Part shown: one piece after another, positions 58,301 to 64,000 of the stretch
How positions within the stretch are numbered: position 1 is the stretch's first letter
Layout of the letters: each line of letters begins with the position of its first letter
NCBI GenBank assembly: GCA_003566455.1
Contig: PXDF01000227.1
Span: forward strand, 19,250 to 83,249
Source: Desulfonatronovibrio sp.
Lineage (GTDB): Bacteria; Desulfobacterota; Desulfovibrionia; Desulfovibrionales; Desulfonatronovibrionaceae
Direction: 5' to 3'
Length of the DNA stretch: 64,000 bases
The notes under the pieces: generated by a model
What the model was told of the DNA's origin: nothing
Databases searched by the model: none
Seen by the model: the letters and a program-made list of their open reading frames with translations, nothing else
Made by a program: the position numbers and the translations under genes

Positions 58301-58524
58301 GAGTCAGTTTTGATTTTAAAAGCCTGTCCTGGAGCATTGGCGGAGAATCCGCGCAATGGTGGGGGCCCATGGCTGTGGCTGTGGTTTTTGGACTGGCCTT
58401 TGCTACCCTGTTGACCCTGATAGTAGTCCCGGTCCTGTGCTCACTTTCTAAGACCCTGCCCTCGGTTGCCCTTAAACTTTACGGTGACAGAAAAAGCATA
58501 ACGATACAGCAATCAAAACCTTAA
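55381..58524 (+). CDS. efflux RND transporter permease subunit (AcrB/CzcA superfamily)
   Basis: 1047 aa with 12-TM topology, two large periplasmic loops and conserved GMLVDNGIVIVENI. Confidence 0.95.
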   Translation: MIINQWALRRQASVLTLLVILVIVGVYSYMTLPRESFPDITIPYVFVTTTYEGVSPEDMETLITIPIERKLKGLAGVEEIRASSAEGLSTVAVKFMPTVDIDDALQKVRVKVDQAKADLPAELEDDPLVEEVNFSDIPVIRVVLSGPYSLARLKSWAEDLKDQIETIPGVLNVLESGGLEREIRVEFDLDRLRAYNVPFSSMIQAVTQSNVNMPSGSMDIGQTRYLVRVPEDFKHPSEIFSIVAFVRDGRPVYLRDVARIEDTHKDPLTRSRINGSPSVTLSVQKRSGENIVRICDEVRAVVDEARPLLPQNLQMDITSDMSKNVRLIVSELENSILTGLILVLAVILIFIGGRSAVFVAMAIPYSMFMGFALLAGFGITLNMVVLFSLILALGMLVDNGIVIVENIYRHMQDGQPRELAARIGTDQVAWPVTTATLTTLAAFIPMLFWPGIVGEFMMFLPKTLIMVLSASLFVALVVNPVLSARYQTVRRIIPPDPDQPVRQAWIKRIYLHVLKWSLNHRFIVLAAAFLLLLASITGFQIWGKGVEFFPETDPNRAFVHIRAPEGTSLEASDSLVARVESIVMEYDDIEHVIANIGSAGGDPFAAGGPGTHLSRVILDFNDFHERFQSSAKTVDEIRERVLDAIAGAELQVEKEEGGPPTGPPVNMEITGVDIRVLGELAAEVRRTIKDIPGLVDLKDNFVHGKPEIRINVDKEKAALLGLDTYSIAYTVKAAIGGVRVGVLRDDRDEYDITARLPEEARNSLESLNRLTVSGPQGEPIPLTSVAQVELSSGVGDIMRLNQRRVVTVSASVSGRLANDVLQDIESVLAGFEWPRGYSYQFTGEQEEQAKARDFLSKAFIAVLLLIFLILITQFNSVIPGLIILTSVLLSLIGVFFGLLVTGMAFGIIMTGIGVISLAGVVVNNAIVLIDYYMQLLGRGMERGEALLRAGMIRFRPVMLTAITTILGLMPMATGVSFDFKSLSWSIGGESAQWWGPMAVAVVFGLAFATLLTLIVVPVLCSLSKTLPSVALKLYGDRKSITIQQSKP

Positions 58525-58530
58525 CAGCGT

Positions 58531-58585
58531 GAAAAAGTCCTTATTAGACAGACCTTTCAAAAATTCTCACGCCAAGGCGTGACAG
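58531..58585. repeat. intergenic repeat family 3, copy 2
   Basis: gaaaaagtccttattagacagacctttcaaaaattctcacgccaaggcgtgacag matches 37656..37709, with a compensatory change in the hairpin loop (tt to aa). Confidence 0.55.
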
Positions 58586-58642
58586 GGAACAATCCGGCAG
58601 CCAGGATAACCAGAGACATGAACAGCAGTAAGTATTTCTGGT

Positions 58643-58950
58643 CTACCGCACCGGTGGCCATGGCTCCTGCAGGGGCGGCTCAAAAAATAGACGGATCTTT
58701 TTCTGCCACTTTTTCAGGGTGTCATTATCGGCCCTGTAATGGACATAATATCCCCTCTTTTCCCCCTTGCCAGGCCGCTGTCTCTCAGCACCCGCAGATG
58801 CTGGGAAACGGCAGCCGGACTCATGCCCAGCTCCTTGGCCAGGATGCTCACGCACAGAGATCTGTTCTTGATCAGCTCAAGCATACTGACCCTGGCCGCC
58901 GAGGACAGGACCTTGAATAATTCTGAAAGTTCCTGAGAATTATTAATCAT
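58643..58950 (-). pseudogene. ArsR/SmtB family transcriptional regulator, interrupted by a 1-nt frameshift
   Basis: Frame 1 (58714..58950) gives ...LSSAARVSMLELI...LAKELGMSPAAVSQHLRVLRDSGLARGKRG then nonsense. Frame 2 (58643..58855) supplies the expected continuation GEKRGYYVHYRADNDTL.... The junction is at the ggcaaggggg run near 58762-58772. Confidence 0.7.
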
Positions 58951-59091
58951 GACCTTTTCGCCTGTTTAAGTTTATGCATGATTACTTAATAGGAACTGCG
59001 TAAAAATTCATCCTTGTTTTAATCAGCGTTCAGTAAAACCAACAACCTTAAAAAAACTGAAAGTAAGCAAATTATGAATGCGGTCTCAAGA

Positions 59092-59616
59092 TCAGCGAAC
59101 AGCCCGGGCTATTATCATGTCCACCTCCTGGTCGGACGCGGACATGACCTCAGCCACCTCAGGAGGCATCATATCTGTAAAAGCACTGGTGTTCATCCGG
59201 GCGACAAAGACTTTTCCGTCAGCTGTCTGGTAAATGCTCACCCGGCACGGCATGAACGCGGAGACGGGTCGATAATCGTCGTTACTCAGTATCCGGGCGC
59301 TGTACTGGCCGCTGCACACATCCAGAATCACCACGGGATCCAGGGTAAACCCGCGCACAGACAAGACCCCTGCCATGTTGTTTTCATTAAGTATACTCCA
59401 GCCGGCCTTGCCGGCTTCTTCCCTGAAGGCCCTGAGTGTCTCGGAAAAAGACTTGCTGCTTTGAATAACCTGGACCAGTTGCGGCTGCTCATCTCCGATA
59501 TTCTGGGCCATGGCCGGCCCGTACAGAATACACAACGCAAAAAGCATTACCATTGATTTGAACATCAGGGACTGGACTCCAGGTCCAGACATCAGGCATG
59601 TGGTTTGTTTTCTCAT
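59092..59616 (-). CDS. DUF302 domain protein (secreted)
   Basis: Signal peptide followed by a DUF302-like core (PVVILDVC...PCRVSIY). The true start is possibly the internal M at 59565. Confidence 0.75.
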   Translation of the reverse strand: MRKQTTCLMSGPGVQSLMFKSMVMLFALCILYGPAMAQNIGDEQPQLVQVIQSSKSFSETLRAFREEAGKAGWSILNENNMAGVLSVRGFTLDPVVILDVCSGQYSARILSNDDYRPVSAFMPCRVSIYQTADGKVFVARMNTSAFTDMMPPEVAEVMSASDQEVDMIIARAVR

Positions 59617-60257
59617 GACAACCCTCCTTTATTTCGGATTTGTTTACTGCTCCATTATTACAAACGTTGACCAGTTCAGAGTTTCAAAAAAAATTCAGTA
59701 AATGTCAAAGAGGTGTCCGTCACAAGTATTGAGACAATTGCTGCCTGAAAAAGAGGGACGGGAATTTTTTCATCTTGAACAAGCGTCATTTATTTCAGAA
59801 TTGTTAGATTGTTATCCGGGATATATGATGTCTGGAAGTATGTCATCAAAATAACTTATCAATATCTTTGTTTGACAGCATATTCAGATTTATTTTCTGT
59901 AAATGATTTTAAAAATAACCGCAACTTTTTTGCTAATATGAAAAATAATAAATAAATAACTGCAGATTATAGTAACAATTTATCAGTGATCATTTATTTT
60001 TTTTCTCAAGATAAAAAACAGCAATCATATGAAGATAATTCCCCAATTTTTATTTGACTTATTAAGAATACGGGTTAAGATTTATAATATTGTAAATTCA
60101 TGAAAGTCATCTAATAAGCAGTTGACCCGGGAGATTCTAATGAGTGAGAAGAGGGACGCCTTTGTGAAAATAATTAAATCAAAGCAGCCATGGCCATCCA
60201 TAAACTTATTGATGGTCTTTAACCAGTAAAACAACTTTTATTTATGGAGGACATGAA

Positions 60258-60659
60258 ATGGGACTTAAAAGATTTGTGCTGGACAGAAGGATTTGCGGGT
60301 TTGTTCTGGTGTTCTATTTTTTTGTGGCCCTGTTACCTTCCACCGGTGAAGCATCGCTGATTGAAAGCCGTCTTTCAACAGGCGAACAAATGTCCGAGCG
60401 GGCTGAAAAAATTGAGTCCGTCAGAAAGGCTCTTGAGCATAAGGTGGTGGCCCAGCGACTGGAGGATTACGGTCTTTCCCAGGAAGAAGTAATGGCAAGA
60501 ATGAACAGTCTGGACGACAAGCAATTACACCAACTGGCGTCTCTTTCCGATGAAATTGGCGGTGCTAATGGAGTAGGGCTCGTCATCGGGGTGTTACTGG
60601 TAGTATTATTGGTAGTTATAATACTGAAAGTTGCCGACAGAAGAGTTGTTGTCCATTAA
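60258..60659 (+). CDS. PA2779 family protein (signal peptide, helical region, C-terminal TM anchor)
   Basis: The pattern VAQRLEDYGLSQEEVMARMNSLDDKQLHQLAS followed by a hydrophobic tail matches my recollection of the PA2779 family. GGAGGA SD. Confidence 0.5.
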   Translation: MGLKRFVLDRRICGFVLVFYFFVALLPSTGEASLIESRLSTGEQMSERAEKIESVRKALEHKVVAQRLEDYGLSQEEVMARMNSLDDKQLHQLASLSDEIGGANGVGLVIGVLLVVLLVVIILKVADRRVVVH

Positions 60660-60922
60660 TCTACAATTCTATTGCTGCCTTCATTGTCCTTCCTGCCTGG
60701 TTCGGCATTTAAAATCATTGTCAGGACAAATCTTGGCAGTGATAACTCAAGAAGGCTGGAAGTGTCGTCTGCGCGCCAGGATTGGGACAATGAATGATGT
60801 CCTGTAAAACTTTGAGGCGCAACCTCAAAATGCGGTTTGTTTAAAATCCGTGGTTGTGTGTTATTGTAACAGGTTAAGATTATTCTGTTGCTTTTAAAAC
60901 GATAGGTTGAAGGAGATATCAC

Positions 60923-61147
60923 ATGAGTTATTACAGAAGTCCGCTAATGTTTTTTACTGCCCTGTGCCTGGCAATGATCCTGGGTTGTTCAGATCCGGGA
61001 CCTGCCGAAGAAGCCGGAAAAAAAGTCGACGAGGCCGTTGAGTCGGTTGAAGAAGCCCTGGATCCGGCAGGACCCGCGGAAAAGGCGGGCAGAAAAATAG
61101 ATGAAACAATGGAAGACATGGGCGAGGCTTTGGAATCTGAAGATTAA
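60923..61147 (+). CDS. small acidic lipoprotein with internal duplication
   Basis: Strong SD (GAAGGAG), lipobox ILGCS and a duplicated segment PAEEAGKKVDEAVESVEEAL / PAEKAGRKIDETMEDMGEAL. Confidence 0.6.
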   Translation: MSYYRSPLMFFTALCLAMILGCSDPGPAEEAGKKVDEAVESVEEALDPAGPAEKAGRKIDETMEDMGEALESED

Positions 61148-61221
61148 TTTAACCCTGTGTTTTTTTCTGTTGATCCTTTATGCAATGATGAAAAGAGATT
61201 AACATCTGATGGGAGTTTAAT

Positions 61222-61398
61222 ATGCTTCATTGGGCATTGATATTTTTTATAGTTGCCATAGTGGCCGGCCTCCTTGGCTTTACTGGTATCGCCGGAGCTG
61301 CTGCGGAAATTGCAAAAATCATATTTTTCGTTTTTTTGGTTCTGCTTGTGATTTCACTCTTAGCCAATGCTCTGAGAGGAAAAAGACCCCCAACTTAA
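61222..61398 (+). CDS. DUF1328 (UPF0391, YtjA-like) small membrane protein, 58 aa
   Basis: Not in the ORF track because it is under 60 aa. [47 protein letters not shown]... closely parallels E. coli YtjA. GGGAG SD lies 6 nt upstream. Confidence 0.9.
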   Translation: MLHWALIFFIVAIVAGLLGFTGIAGAAAEIAKIIFFVFLVLLVISLLANALRGKRPPT

Positions 61399-61579
61399 AT
61401 CTGTACATACTCATTGAGAACAGGAAAAAGAGCGGGTTTAAAAGCGGGTGTCCAGGAAAAAACAGGCTGAATCGGCCTGGTCCTCTTTCTGAATCATAAT
61501 TGAAAACGTGACTTCTTTTTAAGGTCTTGGTCTCTTTTTTAGAATCAGCTTTTTTGAGCCATATATTTTTCCTCGATTT

Positions 61580-62023
61580 TTAATCAGGCCTTATAGTCAG
61601 AACAGGCACTCTGGATGACTTGACGACCTTTTCAGCTACTGAACCAAAGACAATCCTGTTTACTCCCCTTCTGCCATGGGTGCCCATTGTGATCAGATCA
61701 ATATTTTCAAGCCGGGCAAAGTCGAGGATAATCTCAGCGGTATAACCGGATAATATTTTTCCTGAAACATCTGTTATGAACCTGAAATTTTCCTGTATAA
61801 ATTTCTCCATGGTCTGCTCAGCGTCGGCTACAGCATCATCTAAAAATTCCTGGAATTCATTCGGCAGCATGCCAAAATACGGAAACTGGTCATAGCCCGG
61901 AACTACATAAAGGACATGAACATTGGCGCTCAAGGCTTCAGCCAGAGTCTGGGCATAAGATGCCACTTTGGGGCTGATTATTGAAAAATCAACAGGGCAA
62001 AGGATGTTTCTGATCTTAACCAT
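61580..62023 (-). CDS. universal stress protein (UspA family)
   Basis: ILCPVDFS..., GTHGRRG and FGSVAEKVV motifs. Confidence 0.9.
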   Translation of the reverse strand: MVKIRNILCPVDFSIISPKVASYAQTLAEALSANVHVLYVVPGYDQFPYFGMLPNEFQEFLDDAVADAEQTMEKFIQENFRFITDVSGKILSGYTAEIILDFARLENIDLITMGTHGRRGVNRIVFGSVAEKVVKSSRVPVLTIRPD

Positions 62024-62149
62024 ACAGTGTCGACCCTGAAAAATTCAAATTTTAGCCTGTAAGGCGTGGTTAAGTCTTTTATTGAAGTTGAACATGGTAA
62101 ATTTGAGATACAAATAAAAATCAAGTAATTATTAACTGGATTAAAGCCC

Positions 62150-62848
62150 ATGGAAGTTTTAGACATTGTTCAGGCAACCTTTACTTATCTGCTCATTACC
62201 ATAGCCGGCATTTTTGTCATCGTAAACCCTTTGACCACCGCGTTCGCCTTTATGTCGCTGACAACCAGGATGCATGAAAAACAGAAAAAGGCAATCGCGT
62301 TAAAAGCAACAAAAATATCTACAAGCTTATTCTTTGTTTTCGCCCTGCTGGGTGGAGTTATTTTTCAATTGTTCGGCATTACTCTTGCTGCCTTTCGGAT
62401 TGCCGGGGGCATCATTCTTTTTGGAATTGCCATGGGCATGATAAGAAGTCGAAACGGCCGGGAAGACAAAACAAAAACCGAGCCAGAAGGGGATATAACT
62501 GATGATATATCCGTAATACCCCTCGCCATTCCGTTTATCAGCGGCCCTGGATCCATCGCTACCGTCATGATATTAACAAGCGAAGCGCCTACTATTTATC
62601 ATACCGTAATTGTTTTTTTCGCCGTGCTCATAACCACAGTCAGCTGTTATTATTCCATGGTATACTCCAGGGTGATCGTCAGGTATCTTGGGGAATCCGG
62701 CAAGCAGATCATTACCAAAGTGTTTGGTCTTATCCTCTCGGTAATTGCCGTCCAGTTTGTAATCAACGGCATTGCCAGTGTTGCGGTTGATTTCGGAATC
62801 TTTGAAATTCCCGGCATTGAACCGGGGCCTGGATTCGAAGCAGAGTAA
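62150..62848 (+). CDS. MarC family (UPF0056/NAAT) membrane protein
   Basis: FVIVNPL start motif and a six-TM pattern typical of MarC. Confidence 0.9.
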   Translation: MEVLDIVQATFTYLLITIAGIFVIVNPLTTAFAFMSLTTRMHEKQKKAIALKATKISTSLFFVFALLGGVIFQLFGITLAAFRIAGGIILFGIAMGMIRSRNGREDKTKTEPEGDITDDISVIPLAIPFISGPGSIATVMILTSEAPTIYHTVIVFFAVLITTVSCYYSMVYSRVIVRYLGESGKQIITKVFGLILSVIAVQFVINGIASVAVDFGIFEIPGIEPGPGFEAE

Positions 62849-63022
62849 TGTGGTATCAGGCACATTCTTAATCCTGAATTCATGGCCCAGCTCAATCCAA
62901 AAAAACATCATCAGATCCTGGGCAATAAAATTGCCTGCAGGAAATTTAAACAGGCCTTCATTGTCCTTTTTGCTTCCCTGCCCCGGAAACCGAACCACCC
63001 TTCAGGACGAGGTCATCCGAGT

Positions 63023-63064
63023 CTAAGTTTACACATTGCGTCAAACGCGAAATGTAAACATAAG
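63023..63064. repeat. REP-like palindrome, family 2, copy 3 (imperfect)
   Basis: ctaagtttacacattgcgtcaaacgcgaaatgtaaacataag has the same loop, tcaaa, and arms as the other copies. Confidence 0.65.
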
Positions 63065-63469
63065 GGCTTTTTCTAACGTAACAACTTGATATTTATTGTC
63101 ATTCAAAAAATACCGGATAGATTACATACCTGATTACTGCCATGGCCAGGATTTCCACAAACATGAGACCCTCCTTGAGATTAGACAGTGTTTAGTGGTC
63201 ATTTCTAATCAAGAAATCCGGAAAGGCTATCGGTCTGCTGCTCTGGTCCGATCCCTAATCCCAATGCCGATTGTTTTCCTGGTTGCTGGACCGGCTAAAA
63301 GCGTTTACTAATTATCTCAATGAATATTCACTTATCACTTGCTCATATTCCCCTGCTCATCTGCAACTATTTATTTGTCATGGCCTGACCGGAACGACAA
63401 AAAGACAACCCTTTGATTTAGACAACTTGATTTGTACCGAACTGAAAAATCAAACCTCAAGGAAGGTCA

Positions 63470-63664
63470 ATGATGAATAGAGTGCTTATATCCATCCTGG
63501 CCGGGGCTGCAGTGTTTGGCCTGCTGCTCCTCTTTAAAGGCCCGGACATATCCTGACTGTTTATTTACGGCTCGCTGGGAGCGGGCCTGTTAACTTATTA
63601 CCTTTCAGGAAAAATTCTCAAACAACCTGATAAGCGGGATGAAACTCATGGCCCCAAAACTTGA
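63470..63664 (+). CDS. small two-TM ORF interrupted by an in-frame TGA (28 + 35 codons)
   Basis: AGGAAGG SD before ATG 63470. MMNRVLISILAGAAVFGLLLLFKGPDIS-TGA-LFIYGSLGAGLLTYYLSGKILKQPDKRDETHGPKT. An 8-bp hairpin lies at 63569-63587. Confidence 0.3.
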
Positions 63665-63830
63665 CCCTTAAAAAGAACTCACCAACTGAGCAGAAATTTC
63701 ATATTCCAGCATGATCCAGCATGTGATCCTTTTGTTCCTGCCGCTTTATAAAAGAATAGTGACCCGGGAAAATATATCTTGAAAGGGTCAGGTTGATTTA
63801 CTGTCAGTTTAAGGAGAGATAGTCCAAGTA

Positions 63831-64000
63831 ATGCCAGAACGCAAAATATTCGAGAAAATCGTGTCCGGCGGCCAGACCGGGGCGGACCAGGGAGCCCTGG
63901 ACGCCGCCATGGCCCTTAACCACCCCTGCGGAGGCTGGTGTCCAGAGGGCCGTTTGTCTGAAACCGGCCGCATAGCTGACAGATACCCTGTTACTGAACA
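63831..64000 (+). CDS. putative molybdenum-cofactor-carrier / YpsA-like SLOG family protein (3' end off-window)
   Basis: [32 protein letters not shown] is the characteristic N-terminus of this family. AAGGAGAG SD is at 63811. Confidence 0.7.
   Translation, partial: MPERKIFEKIVSGGQTGADQGALDAAMALNHPCGGWCPEGRLSETGRIADRYPVTE

Noticed and set aside
61230-61499. 89-aa plus-strand ORF
   Set aside because: It is replaced by the in-phase, SD-preceded DUF1328 gene at 61222..61398 in another frame.
15382-63064. Possibility that the recurring 43-nt palindrome is a CRISPR repeat
   Set aside because: The copies are 22-25 kb apart and single. They have no regular spacers and no cas genes, so this is a dispersed REP-like element, not an array.
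63096-63311. 71-aa TTG-initiated ORF in the 620-nt gap after marC
   Set aside because: It has no SD, a non-canonical start and no recognisable sequence features. The region also holds a REP copy and is treated as non-coding.

Overview
This 64-kb window is chromosomal. Gene content suggests a sulfate-reducing deltaproteobacterium (Desulfobacterota): a TunR-type integrase-fold/TOBE regulator, an FmdE protein, a sigma-54 promoter and apparent selenocysteine use. No database search was possible. All calls rest on motifs I recognise in the supplied translations and on reading the DNA myself.

Most of the window is housekeeping:
- purine genes purM, purC and a stand-alone IMP-cyclohydrolase half of purH
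- nadC-nadA-nadB, hisD, fabI, plsY, hflX and arfB
- a DUF47 + PiT phosphate pair and a TRAP transporter
- an MscS-type channel, a lytic transglycosylase, an RND efflux pair and a Nik/Opp-type ABC transporter

RNA genes are tRNA-Phe(GAA), tRNA-Ser(GGA) and a small SRP (4.5S) RNA with its terminator. The ORF track overlays the tRNA-Ser/SRP RNA stretch (26016..26297) and tRNA-Phe (15443..15649) with spurious ORFs.

The most interesting region is an accessory stretch at about 32.0-38.8 kb. It is bounded by gene wrecks (an IS630 transposase stub and a decayed FeS-type photolyase) and peppered with three intergenic repeat families. It carries a 676-aa orphan fusion of an HKD/PLD-type nuclease domain to an SF3-helicase-like P-loop NTPase. 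This is my best candidate for an undescribed defence or mobile-element module.

Other notable points:
- an in-frame TGA at the conserved Cys of a YeeE/YedE sulfur-transporter motif, with a hairpin downstream (likely selenocysteine)
- a TunR-like regulator divergent from a TauE permease, with a perfect 14-bp inverted repeat on the promoter
- a UbiA prenyltransferase / PEP-utilising dikinase-like / CFA-synthase-like / DUF2177 cluster
- a frameshifted ArsR gene
- an hflX whose conserved N-terminus has no canonical start codon
- a 5'-truncated ABC substrate-binding gene
- several families of palindromic or MITE-like repeats

No CRISPR array, rRNA or intact mobile element was seen.
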